64,000 nt of DNA, taken from NCBI RefSeq assembly GCF_009914755.1, contig NC_060946.1; one strand, written 5' to 3'. Under the pieces are notes generated by a model. It did not search any database. It was given only the letters and a program-made list of their open reading frames with translations, and had not been told where the DNA came from. Numbering within the stretch: the first letter of the stretch is position 1; each line of letters opens with the position of its first letter. The translations under genes and the position numbers were made by a program. Shown here one piece after another: positions 1 to 14,217 of the stretch. The stretch is from the human T2T-CHM13v2.0 reference genome, Homo sapiens.

Positions 1-177
1 CTGTACACCTCCCCGGCTGCTATGCCTCTGGAGAGCAAAACCTTCTTCCTCTTCCATGGCTTATACTTCTCATGAGCACTTCCATTGGCCGACTCTACCC
101 CAGAACAATCTTAGGAAGGGCATTCTAGGAAGGCTTCTCAGAGGAAGTAACATTTAACTTAAAAACCAAAGGATGAG

Positions 178-643
<466 letters not shown>

Positions 644-720
644 TCAAATGTGGTGATGGAGTTTACTCCACCAGTTTCATCAAGTGCTATCATCAGTAGA
701 TTTCATCATGGTGCTTATAA

Positions 721-1119
<399 letters not shown>

Positions 1120-1289
1120 TGACAGTCCTGTCATATTTTTGACAATTAAATAACTTTTCCCTCTCCTTGGGATTTAAGGTCATGCAGCCTCCACGACTCC
1201 TCCCACCTATATTGCCTCAATATTCTCCCATATCAGCTAGCTCGTGATTATAAAAATATTTAGAAGAAAGAATAAACAGAACCAGGTCT

Positions 1290-1700
1290 TTAGGGATGGT
1301 GTGGAGAGGGAGAACAAGGAGATCATGGGTTCAGTTTTGAATATGTGGATTTTGTGATACACTGGAGACATCCAAGTAGGGATGACAAGGGACAATTTAT
1401 ATATTGGTCTGGAACCCAGCAGAGAGAGCAGATATAAATTCTGAAGACAGGGGATGCAGGTGGCAACTGAAAGCATGGCGGCAGATGAGAAGGTAGTGAG
1501 GAAGAGCAGAGGAGGCAGGATGGAGCTTTGAGGAAAATCAACATTCAGTGCCTGGTAAAGGATGCTCAACCATAATGGAGAAGACAGAGGACAAGAATCC
1601 AGAGAACTAGGAGCTGAGCCAGGATACTTTGTATCAAGTAAGTCAAGTGGGAGCTGATTCAAGGAGATAGGTCTGAAAGTGTCCAGGACTTTAGCAACGT
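1290..1700 (-). mobile_element. L2 LINE remnant
   Basis: Antisense L2 motifs (ttcagttttgaatatgtgg, gacatccaagt); underlies the 212-aa ORF 1237-1875. Confidence 0.65.
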
Positions 1701-2009
1701 GGAGAATGTCCATGATGCCCTCCCTGAGAGCTGTTTGTTGGAGACAATGGGGAAGAATCCAAATAGGGGTGGGTTGAGGAGGGAGAGGATGGGGAGAAGG
1801 AACAGGGACCAAAAGTACAGGCAACCTTTGAAGAAGTGTGGCAGCCAAGGGGAGGGGGCAGGCAAAGGCAGCCACAAGGGAGCGTGGGGCCGAGGTTGTT
1901 GTGATGGTGGTTGTGTTTCAAAACACAGGTAGAATTTAAGCATATTTTAAAGATCCAAGACTGCAAAATGCAGGGTGAGGGGAAAGGCAACTAAAGCAAG
2001 GCCAAGCTA

Positions 2010-2170
2010 AGGCAGGTCCATGGGGAGTGCGGGGAGGGGGCGGTGGCAAAACTTAAGGAGACGCTCATTCCTTAAACGGCAGGGCCAGCGTTTGCCCAAT
2101 CCTGAGAGCACATGCCTCCTTAATTTTACATCCTAGAAGCCTGACTGGCTTCACCCTGGCCAGAGCCCAG
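2010..2170. mobile_element. MER96-like palindromic hAT MITE remnant
   Basis: gcaaaacttaaggagacgctca ... tgagagcacatgcctccttaattttac forms a degenerate internal palindrome resembling MER96. Confidence 0.5.
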
Positions 2171-3123
2171 AACTGAGATCTTAGAGTCCTTGAGGTGACA
2201 GCTCCAGAGCACAAGGGTGACTCTCAGAGTGTTACCCTTTTCCAAAAAAAAAAAAAAAAAAAAAAAGCTTGACAAGGAAAGTTATAATCAAACTTGCAGG
2301 ACTTGAAAGAACTCTAGAGGCCACCTCCTTCTGTGGCTTTTCAGGATGTCTTTAGCTGTGAACACTTCCTTTAATCTCATGTGGAGGCCCAATAAGTAAA
2401 ACAGGAAATGCAGATGGCTCTAGTGGAAGCTGGGAGCCAGAAGCCTTGAGCTCTGGTCAGGTCCACAGAAAGCTTAAGCTGCACGGATCACAGTTTGCAA
2501 GTCTCTGGGCTGGTTCAAGATTTCCACGTATTCATTTGTGAATTCATTCCAGCTTTCAGTGCAGCCTCTGAGGCTGTGGGGGAGGCTCAGCAAAGGGAAG
2601 CCCGATAACACCCTTGCATCTGCAGAATCATCTCAGTTTCATGGGTGGACTTTGCTTCTACTAACCTGACACATTTAAATTAAATTTTTTTATCTCTGCC
2701 CTGCCTTGTTCCCCAAAGGATTTAAGGTAGTGTACCAAGATATACGTGAGACACAAGATAAAGCACCTAATGACATAGACAAGGAGATAGCAAAATAAGC
2801 AAAGGGAAGTTAAAGGAAGAGAGGCTTAGATCTGGGATTTGCTCAGAGTCCCAGCCACTTACTGCAAAGTGGTCGCAGATTTGACTCTAAGCTTTCTAAC
2901 AATAAAGCAAACAATGCTTCTAGCAGACGAAGGCCAGATAATTGAGGATTCATCTGCCCATTAAAAAACAACACCATCAAGAAGATTTGAGTTAGAGCCA
3001 CAAAAATAGAATTTGATTTGCAAAATTTTAATTTACTCCTGACATTCTAAGAGTGTTCCCAAGGTGTAAAGAAAGGTATTCTGTCATAGACCAGATGTTG
3101 ACAAGTCAAAGCTACCTTGTGTT

Positions 3124-3173
3124 AAAAGAGCTAGTTAGTCTCAAAAAAAAAAAAAAAAAAAGAGCTAGTTAGT
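3124..3173 (+). mobile_element. Minimal retrotransposon insertion: CTC + poly(A) between 16-bp TSDs
   Basis: aaaagagctagttagt (3124-3139) + ctc + A-run + aaaagagctagttagt (3158-3173), at a TT/AAAA site. Confidence 0.85.
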
Positions 3174-3479
3174 GCCTACTAACTCCTCTCTTCCAGAATG
3201 TTCTGGGTCCTTGAGATATGAGTGTGGAGGCCATGACAAGAACAGAAAGTGCAGTTCAAGACAGTTGTTCCTGGGGTGCCGAGAGACTGGGGGTCTGTGG
3301 GTGACAGGAGCACCTTGCCGACTCTAAAGTCTCAGCTAACCTTTTTCTGACTCCAGGAATTCACCCAGGAGCGTTGGCTCTTAATACAGTCTCCTATGTC
3401 CACTTTCTCCTATGAAGCAATATTTTCCGCTGTATTTATTCATGAATTATTTTATTCATCAAACATTTATTAATGTCTA

Positions 3480-3690
3480 CCATATGTCATTTATTTTCAC
3501 ATCCGTTATCTCACTCAATCCTCAGACAACCTTGTGGGGAAAGTATTCATGATTCTTCCCATTTTATAGATGGGAAAGTTGAGGCTTAAAGAAGTTAAAG
3601 TAACTAATCCAAGGTTTCACAGCTAGTAAGTGGTAGAGCTTAGTTTTGAGCCAAATATCCTGACCCCCAGCCTGGTGCCTTTTGCATTGT
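3480..3690 (-). mobile_element. MIR SINE
   Basis: MIR core cccattttatagatgggaaagttgaggctt...aaggtttcacagctagtaagtgg. Confidence 0.8.
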
Positions 3691-3911
3691 GTCATGGAAC
3701 CACCTGAACTGAACACATCAAGGCTGAGGATCAGAGATTGCTAGTGGCTCCCAACCCAGCTGATATCCAGGAACCAGGAAAACCAAACCAGGGGACCAAG
3801 AGGCTTGTTGGAATGAAAGGGAAGTCTGCTGTCTTGAGACGGTGGGATCAGAATCGGTATCCTTGTATGCAAAATTCAAGCAATTATCTCTCCTTGGCAG
3901 GTTTGCTATTG

Positions 3912-4100
3912 TTTAGAGCCACCACGTACATGTGTGCAGGTCGTGCACTGCACAACTCTAGAGGGTATCATTCATAGCAGCAGCAGCATGGATTTGTATT
4001 TTACTATTACGGTCTTCAAGCAGGTAGCAAGAAAGAGTACCAATGAGTAGGCATCTTTTCCTAATTTGCACATAGATGCCCAGTGTCAGCAGGAGTGCTG
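3912..4100. mobile_element. MER91-like hAT DNA transposon remnant
   Basis: tgtgcaggtcgtgcactgcacaac and ttttcctaatttgcacatagatgcc resemble MER91; a similar reverse copy lies at ~47425-47610. Confidence 0.45.
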
Positions 4101-4219
4101 GTGTGTGCCTCACAGGTGTGTGTTTAGTGACTGGCACAGAGAAAGCCCTTGATAAAGGCTAGTTTCCCATATCTCCTTCTGTAATATGAGAACCATCAAA
4201 CTTGCTCAGCCTGCCTTAC

Positions 4220-4930
4220 AATGCAGTTCTGAAGATCAAAATAAAATAATAGAATGAAAGTGTTTTCACAGACGCACCGGGCCACTGTTGAGTACAAGTA
4301 TAAGGAATTAATGGTTTGGCTAAGGAAGTCGAGGGGAGGCTCTGGCACCAAGGCACCGAGACACCAAGGCTAGGTCCCAGTCCACTCAGGGAACAGGTTA
4401 TGTGCTTCCCATGGAGTCCGCTGCCAGCTTGGGCTTCTGCAGTCGAGTTGGGGGCAGGGCCCCTATGCCAAGCAGAGGGAGCTCTGACGCTCACTGGCAG
4501 AGGAGACAGGGAGAAGCAGAGGCTTCCTGGACCCTCATGTCAAAGCAGTTTGCGGGAGAAAGGAAGAGAAGGGGAAGCATAATATCCACCGAGCAGGCAG
4601 CGGGAGATGCAAAAAGCAGACAGAGACTGAAAGAGAAATGAGAGGGAGAGGGGTGAGGAAAGAGAGCAAGGGAGAGGCTGAGAGGGATGGAGCAGGGCAG
4701 CCAGAAAACAGAGAGTGAGAGCAGGATGAGATGGAGACAAGGGAGGAGGAAGGAGAGAGAGGCGACCTGAGAAAGACCCAGGAAAGAGGTGAGCGAATGT
4801 GCGTGTGTGTGCATGTGTGTGTGCCTGCGTGTGTGTGCGCGTGTGCGCAGGTGGGGGTGAGGAGGAAAGGAGAGGAAAGAGGAGGGGAGAGGAGGGCCCT
4901 GAAGGAAAGGGGAGGGAAAAGGAGAGACTG
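4220..4930 (-). promoter_or_regulatory. Candidate promoter and non-coding first exon of a minus-strand gene
   Basis: No recognisable repeat, modest CpG retention, long polypurine/polypyrimidine tracts around a TG/CG alternating run, and a minus-strand donor ATT/GTAAGG (exon end 4220). Inference only. Confidence 0.35.
4797..4849. repeat. Mixed (TG/CG)n alternating purine-pyrimidine tract (Z-DNA prone)
   Basis: atgtgcgtgtgtgtgcatgtgtgtgtgcctgcgtgtgtgtgcgcgtgtgcgca. Confidence 0.8.
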
Positions 4931-7115
4931 GAGTTCAAATCCCAGCTCTTCTCTTCGCTGTCTCGGAAGGTCCCTTAACATTCCTAGTTTGTTTCCTCAA
5001 CCACGAAGTGTGGATAATAATCTTTACTTCTCCCTGCCCTCCCTCCACCCTCCCCAGTCCCACCCACTCCTTGGACTGCTGCAGGCACCAGGAGATGACA
5101 GATGTCAGTCTTTGGAGTTTGGCTGATGGAGGGAATGCCGGTATATTCCTGAGAAGCGTGAGTTTTTCTACTCAGCCTGGTGGGCTTTGTGCGGCCCCTT
5201 GCTTTGGCTGGGCTCGGGGAAGTCGCAGTGCCTGTTATAGGGCCTGGCAAGAGGACCATCAAGATGAGGGCTTTGTCTGGATCTAGGAGAGCTAGATTTC
5301 TTTCACCGCTTCCTTTCACCAAATGGAAAAGCCAGTTTTGGGATGTTTTCTCACAACTACCCTGAAACTCTCAGACAGCTCTCAGGTGCCTTCCCTATGT
5401 GGGCTCCCCCACACCAGGGTTTTGGGACTCAGGAGTGGTTGACAAGGAGGTAACTGTAGAATAGAAGCCTTAGAAATCAGATGGAGGTGGCTGGCATTTC
5501 TCCTCTCTTTTCTCAGTGTGAAGAGGCCATAAAACAATTAGAGCTCCATGTTGTTCTCCCAACAGAGCAGGGCGGGTGTCTCTGCCTTGTTAGTGTAATC
5601 AGCACCGTGATAAGGGTTCCCCTGCAACTGTAGGAGAAGATAGGCTGCCCCATAAACCTGGGTCACCAGCAGGGCACGGGGGTTAAAAGGTAAAGGGAGG
5701 AGCCGTGGCACCTCATGCTGTCCCAGGGAAAGCCTCCAGCTGGAATTCTGACCTGATAGGGGAGGGCCGCAGGCCCCTCAGCCTGAGTACCTTCTTCCAC
5801 CGTGGCGCTTGTCCCAGACTTGGGGAAGGTGCCTGGCGGGTAGGCATCAGAGGTTAACCCACTTCTCACCAACAGCCAGGGTTGACTGTAAGTCTGGAGG
5901 CACAGGGACAGGCAGACCATTTGTCATTGAACCATTTCTGTTCTGAGCCTCTGCCACCCTGCCCCTCCCCCAGGGCCAACTAGACCACCATTACCTTCCC
6001 CCGCCCCCCTTCATTCAGCCTCAGGAGCCACAGGGGGGCTCTAGGACTCTGCTCTAGCTATCGCCTGCATCAGCCCTGCTTGGACAGTGCCCAGGTCCTG
6101 CTGGTGGTTAAATATTCTGAATGCCTCCCCTGCCAACAACCCTGATTTCCTGAGCGTGAAGATCTTAGAGGAGAATGGCTCCATCTGTATTTGAAAGCAG
6201 GAGGCCAGGTAGAGGACAGAAGAAGGAATAGCCCTTTCGCCTGCCCCAGGGGAGTGACTGTGCCTTTCATCAAATGCTTTCTTTCATTTAATCCTAACCG
6301 CAGGGAAGTGGCACTGCTCTTTGAGAGTAACAAGAAAGAGAAAGTAATTTACCAAATTTCCTTCTCTGTGTCTTAAGAAGAGACTTTGGCAAACTGAGGG
6401 TGAAGGGTGAAAGCCCTAACTCTCAGGCACCCTGAGAAGGAAAGGAACTCCAGATTGAACATCAGGGCCTGGTCACAGCCTAGATGTTGTTACCATTTGG
6501 ATAGGGTTCCAGAGACCGGCGGGCAAGCGCTGAGGCCAAAACCCTTTGAGGGTGAGATGCAAACAGGGTCGGCAGGCCAGTGAGTTGACAGTTTCTCTTC
6601 ATGACTCAAGATGTGTCCTTGGCTGTGACTTCCACCTCCTGGTTGTCAATATCCTCATCTATAAAATGAGAGGCTTGGATTTAATAATACAAATTCTATC
6701 TCCTCCTTCTCTGATTCTATGATTCTCATCCAACCACTTATCCACTGGATGGAAGGAATGTCTGTGAAGGAGGCAAAAGAGGAGGTGATTCTATCTGGCT
6801 GCAAGAAGGCCCAGTGTGTCTTGAAGAGCACAGGATTAGGAGACAGACCTGGACAGGGCTGCCATGTATGTTTGCTGAAGTTCCACACTGCACAACGGTG
6901 CTCGGCTGAGGGGGCCAGGGGGGTTGCAATACAGCCTGGGCTCTGCTCAGCAAGCTGTGCACGCTGGTGTGGGGTTTCATCCACCTGAGGAAATGCACCG
7001 TCTTCTAATGTGTGCAAATGTGCCACATAGGCTAGTGGCAATTCTGACCTTAGGAGAAGATGCAGAAACCAATAGGGAGAGGGAGCTCATTAAATCCAAG
7101 GTTTGAGACTTTTTA

Positions 7116-7452
<337 letters not shown>

Positions 7453-10400
7453 GAACCTGAACTTCAGTGTTGTGATAAAAACTGGGTTTGTTGTCATTTC
7501 CTGGCAGAAATGATGTGAGGCTGAGCCCAGAAAATAAATCTCCAGCATAAAGCACAGAACCTGAACCATAACAGGTACTCAGTTGAAAGAGTTTTCTTCC
7601 CGCCTCCTCCCTACCTGGGTTTCTCTTGGGAAAATGTTCATCAGTGTTTTGGCATTGGAAATGGCTTCCTTTGCCTGGAAATTCGGCCCTGAGAGTCCAT
7701 CTGCTGGTGGGAGCCTCCCCTTACCACCTGCCCTCACCTCTCAATGGTATTGCCCTAGCATTCCATTTCCATCTTAGAATGCTCACCAGGGTAAGACGTG
7801 AAGCCTCCCTACAGCAAGAAAGTCGAGACCAGGAAGAAGTCTGGTGAAGGTGTCACACAATAATTGTGGGATTGGATTTTCATTTTTGCATGTGAACCCA
7901 AGCACTTTCAACAGGTAACGCCCTCTCTCTAGTGGTTTCTGCATCTTCTCTCCCCTCTCACCACTTGAGAAACAAAGAAACTAAAAGGTGTGCATGGATC
8001 GTGAATGTTCAAGCTGGAAGGCCTCAGAGAGGTCATCTGGTTCCATCTATCCACCAAGGACGCTTTAAAGCATCATCAGGCATTATCCAATTATCACACT
8101 CTCTTGAACTCACCCGCTGACTGTTTCCCACTGTGCTGAGCACAAGTTGCTAACAGCTTTCTCAGTGGGCATAATTACCCAATTTTAGGGCTGGAGCGGC
8201 ACTGAAAGGTGCCAATGGGGATGCACTTAGCGGTACTGTCCCCAGCTACACTCTCCCGCTGTGTTCCAGGTTACTCATTCTTGATCAAGTCTTGCCTTCA
8301 AGACTTTACCACCACAGTACTTTTTGCCTCTTAGAATTTAAAGAATAGGAATAACTTCTAGAAAAATCTGAAACAGTGCTTTGTATACACTGGGCCCTGC
8401 TCCCAAGCCTTCAGTGGCTCTCTATTGCCCACAGGATTAATCCCAGTTCATTTAACTGGCCCTTTGTTCTATATTATGGAAAAACAGAAACAAATGGCAC
8501 TTGGTTTATCCTCTTAAGGAGTCCAAGTTCTACTGAGAGTGATGGGTACAAGTAAGTCAGGAATGAATAAGACAGCAACCACAATAATTGCTGCCAGTGG
8601 ACATGGAGGATGGAGGAACGGCATGTGTGTGGGGACTTGTGGGCCTTTGACGGTGGAAAGTATTTATTCATTTTACAGGCAGAGCATGAGACCAGAGAGG
8701 AAAAATGAGTTATCTCAGGTTGCACAGTGAGACAGAGGCAGAGCCAGAACTAGAACCCAGGACTCCTGGGTTCTCTTTGTTCTGTTTCAGTGTTTCTTTT
8801 ATATGGTTCTTAATTGTTGAGTTCCCTCCTTTCTAGAGCACAGCTACAGCCTGGCACTGTGAAAAGAGTGCCAGGATACTGGGTGAGGGGTCTGGAGTCT
8901 CAAGTGTGAGTCCTGGCTGGCTCTCTGCCATGTGACACTTTGGGGAGATACTTAAGCTCTCTGAATCTTCTTTTTCTGATCTGTTGTTCATCTACCAGAA
9001 TTCAGCTCCATTAGGGCAAGGAAAACATCTCATTCTTCTTCCCCAGGATAGGTCTGGGGGACTTTGAGAAAGACAATAACAGATCACAAACAGGGATATT
9101 CAGCAGTCTGGGGCTTGGGAGACAAAACTGTGGGGAAAATAAAGGTTTGGAAGGGGCCAGCATATTGAAGACTTGGCAATGGATGAATGGAAGACAGGGA
9201 GAGGAGAATGTGAGGGGGGAAGAAGGGTCTCTCGCACTGTTGACTCCCCCTCCAACACTGAGTAAATATTGAGAAAACACCTATTAAAAGGTGAAGGTTG
9301 GCCAAGGGTATAAGCTCACTGCTCAGGCCTCTCCCAACTACAGAACCAGAGAGATGCTGGGACCTTTGCTCTCAGCACCTGAGAAGGAAAAGCTTGGCGG
9401 ATTCCACTCAGTCTCTGCCTTTGCTGACAGCATCACCATGGACAAGCCACCACAATGCTACAAGCCTCAGTTTGCTCACCTGTGAAATGGGGGTGGTACT
9501 GACTCAGAGGCTATGGGAAGGGTTCCATGTATAGACAATCTGGGACAGAAAGGCGTGGCTGGCATTGCTCCAGGCACATTGCAGTTATCAACGCATTCTA
9601 GTCCAGGCCCCCGAATCACATCTGATGAGCTGTGGTGATCACCAATGCCGGAGTTGCCTGCAATGACTGCACTGCCACAGCAATTGGCCCTTGTAAGGCC
9701 ATTTGTCTCATTTTCTTCCCATCTCCCAACAGGTGGCGAAGTTGAATCCACCACATTCAGAATGCACAGAAAACCCAGAATGGGACTGCTTAGGAGTCAG
9801 GCTGTGCTGGCTAATTAAAACAGGAGCATTTGTAGACAGGAATGTGGCTCTCTTGAAAGTCCAGGAATTCTGGGTAATCAACACTCAACCATCAACAAAC
9901 ACTCTCTATTCCAGGCACTGGGAGCACCCAAAAAAAATAAATAAATAAGTCAAAATTTTGCCTCCAGAGGCCCCATGAGGCCTTCATCTACTGGGGAAGA
10001 AGACAGGCAAGTAAATTGGAACATCACAGCCCACAGCAATATGTGTCAGAAGACCAGGAATGCCAGGATCCACGAGAGTGCAGGGGAAGCATGCTAAGAT
10101 GTAGAGGAGGTGACACCTGGGCTGAGTGTTGAAGGTTGAATAGGAGTGTGCCACCCAGGGAAATTGCATTCCAAGCAGAGGAGATGGCCCACATCAGGTC
10201 TGAGAGAGGGAGGCTAGGAGAGAGAAAATAAGTCCCCCTCAGTCCTGCCATGAGGAGGGCCAAGGGGGCTCACCATCAATGATGTCAAGCAACAACCAGG
10301 CCACCAAGCCAACTCAGGCCCCTTCCTGGAAGAGCAGCCCAATGGCCAACTGGATCATCCAGTTGGCTCCAGATATTTTATACTAGACCTCGGGCACCTC

Positions 10401-10679
10401 CCAGCCCAACTCCCTCACACCCCAATCTGCCAAACACCTGCCCTTCCTTCAAGGCAAGTCCAAGGGACACCTCCTCTGCAAAGTTTTTCCTGATTCTGCC
10501 AGAAAACCTCTGTTATGGAACCCGGGTGTATTAGCGTCAACTGTCTGCTTCTGCACTCAGCTGTGAGCTCCTTGAGGGCAGGGGCTGTGCTTCATTATAA
10601 TAGCACAGTGTGTAGAACCCAGAAGGTACATAATTAATATTAATAACAGCCATGACGACTGTAATGACTAACAGTCATT

Positions 10680-10920
10680 GAACACTAGTGCCAGACATCA
10701 GGCTTAGGGATAGGCTCTAAGTATCATCATCATCCTCATTAGCTCATTGAATCCTCGCAAAAGCCCTATGAGATAGCGCTATTGCTATCCCCATTCTACA
10801 GATGAAAAAACTGAGGCTCAGAGAGAGGACGTGGCTTGCCCAAGGTCAGACAGCTAGTACATTTCCAGGCCAGAATTCAAACTGACCCCAAAGGCTGGGT
10901 CTTATCCACTGAGTATCATG
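10680..10920 (-). mobile_element. MIR SINE
   Basis: ccccattctacagatgaaaaaactgaggctcagagag...ttgcccaaggtcagacagctagt. Confidence 0.8.
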
Positions 10921-10979
10921 CTTTGTTATGTGATAAATTTGATTGAACTGAATTGATGCCATAATAAAAGGGGGGAACC

Positions 10980-11118
10980 AGCCAAGCACAGTGACTCACA
11001 CCTATAATCCCAGTGCTTTGGGAGGCCATCGCAGAAGGATGGCTTGAGGCCAGGAGTTCGAGACCAGCCTGAGCAACATAGCGAGATCTCATCTCTACTT
11101 AAAAAAAAAAAAAAAAAA
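10980..11118 (+). mobile_element. Free left Alu monomer (FLAM_C-like)
   Basis: Single left arm (ggatggcttgaggccaggagttcgagaccagcctgagcaacatagcgag) followed directly by an A tail. Confidence 0.85.
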
Positions 11119-11316
11119 GTTTTTAATTGGGGAGCAAAGTTATTCAAACGAGAAGAAAAAACTGTAGGAAATGACATTTGAACTGGGCGAGGAGCATTGC
11201 CAGGAAGGTTATTCCAAGAAGAGGAAATAACAGGAGCCCAAGGTTAGAAACCACTGCTTGAGGAATGTGTTCAGCATGTGCTTGGCAGTAGCTAACTGCT
11301 CATTATATGTGTTTTA

Positions 11317-11630
<314 letters not shown>

Positions 11631-12394
11631 TCAAATTCAATTGGAATTTGTGAATCATCATGGGTAATAGCGTGTAAATTGCTCGGAAGAGAGTAGCAGG
11701 AGGAAGGTCTGGAAAGACACGTGGGGCCAGCTCAGGAAAGGCTGGGAATGCCAGGCTAAGGGCTTGGCTCTGACCTGAGGCTTTTAAGAAAAGATCTTCA
11801 TTGGGAAAGGAGACTTTGGGTTTCAGGGCTGGCTCACAGGGAACGGAAATTTCACTCTTAATGAGAGAGATTATGGGGAGAGAGCGCCCCCACATGGGAG
11901 AGCCGGCTGCTCCCCTGAGTAATTCAAGGCTGTGATGTCTTGGGCCACATGGCACAAGGGGGTGGATCAGCTCCATGTCTGACATTTGTGGGGCCTAGAG
12001 TGAGAGTTTAAATAGAGCCGATATGGCATCCCCAGTACTGCCCCTAGACCACTGCATGTTCCAGGGCCCCCTCGCTGTACCCTGCCTTCCTCAAACACTC
12101 TACATCCTCTGCCAGGGCCTATGACCACCCATGGCCAGCAGTGCCAACCTAGGGGTGCAATCCAGGCCCAAGCTGGGTCCCACGTGGGCTGCAGTCCCCA
12201 TTTCTCCCCTGTGGGGCACTCTCTGGCCCTCTCCCTTCCCCCAGCCTCCCTCCTCTGGCCCAAGGCCAGACTCCTGCTCCGGAAAGGAGCCAGCAAGCAG
12301 ATGGCTCCCACTGGCCGGTTTTTCTTGCATGAGATGACCTGTGATTGTGCCAGTAGACTGGCACCAACACTTATTCGGGGTGACAAATTGTTTA

Positions 12395-12809
<415 letters not shown>

Positions 12810-13842
12810 TTAAAAGTTATCACTCAAACTAAGTTCATAAAATACATTCTATCCACCTACCATGACAAATAGACCTTCATAGCAACCTAGAAGTCTGGGT
12901 CCAAATTTAGGCTACTCCAACTCCTTGGTGTTCCATGCTAGAACATGGTGGGGAGAGGGTTTGAGGCATGAGCCCCCAGCGTGCAGCTGCTCGTGTCTCT
13001 GTCCTGAATCCTGTGTTCCCCGGTCCCTACCTGCACACATGTGGACCTTCTGGCTGCACATCCAAGCTCCATATGCCCCCAACCAACTTCCCCTTGGTAC
13101 TCTCTGGGCTGGGAGTGTACCCACCAACAGTGGGGTCCACCTTGTAAAGAATAAGGAAAGGAAAGAGGGCTCCAGGTACTAGAAGTTGCCTTGAGGCCCT
13201 TTGGCCAGAAAATTCCAGGGTTCTGAGTACCCAGAGCATGATCTAGAAGGGAAGAGGGCACAGCTCCAGCTGTCCATGTTCCCTGAGAGAAGGGACATAG
13301 CTGGAGGAGAGCAAATAAGACCTTTTAAAACACAGGACTCCCCTTTCCCAGGCCTAAGTCACTACCAGACAGAGCAACTGTGCCTTAAATGCAGGTCCCA
13401 AGAACCAGCCTTCTGTCATTACCTGGACCCATGCAAAAGAGGATCTCCTCCTTCTCATGCTTTCTAGAAGAGTTCCCATCTCTCAACATCCCCACCACCA
13501 AAGCAGGCTCTAGGGCCTTCTACACATGGCTGATTGGGTGACAGGATGGAAGACTGCTCACTTAGCTGCAGAGGAAAGAAATGGGACCTGAACCTGTCCT
13601 CCCACATGGCTCACCAGAAAAGTCCTACATTTAGGATGGAAGTTGGGGGCTCATTTGTCAGGTATTTGCCTAGCCATTGAAATTTCTATACATTTCCCAT
13701 CTGGCTATTATTTCACTACAGGGCCTACCACAGGAGGAAGACATTTAAATTAGTCAATTGCAGTACCAAAACTCCAGCCCTGACTATCCTATCTAAAACG
13801 TTTGTGCGAGACTGAACTCCTGTTAGAAAGACATGGTAGAAT

Positions 13843-14217
13843 TTGTTAGCACTCCTCTGTATTTTATGCGGGAATCCCCCTATATTTTCCAGTCTTCCTT
13901 GTAGCTGGCTGGCCATGTGATTGATTCAGGGCAATGCAATGGAGTGGGAAGTATGTAAGTCATCTCCAAGGCAAGGTGGTAAGGTACCTGGCGTGCCTTC
14001 GCCTCATGCACACAATTGGAAGAGAAGGACTCCAAGATGGTTTAGTGATGGGTGAAAGGGGCTTGGATCCCTGAGTCACCACTTGGAGGAGGGAAGCCTA
14101 AGAGAGCTGCCCAACCCTCACCAACTTGTTACACGAGCAAGAAATTAACTTTTACTTTGTTAAACCACTGAACTTGATGATTGTTACCACAGCTAATGAG
14201 TGTTACTCTATGTAATA
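13843..14217 (+). mobile_element. Old MaLR solo LTR (MLT1I/J-like)
   Basis: MLT1 hallmarks ggccatgtga, gagtcaccacttggagga, aagaaattaacttttactttgttaaaccactga. Confidence 0.55.

Noticed and set aside
1237-1875. 212-aa minus-strand ORF
   Set aside because: Overlaps an L2 remnant and low-complexity sequence; no recognisable domain.
2244-2266. A23 tract as a retro-insertion
   Set aside because: No TSD or element body, unlike 3124-3173. The A-run at ~62380-62398 is likewise an expansion inside an LTR.
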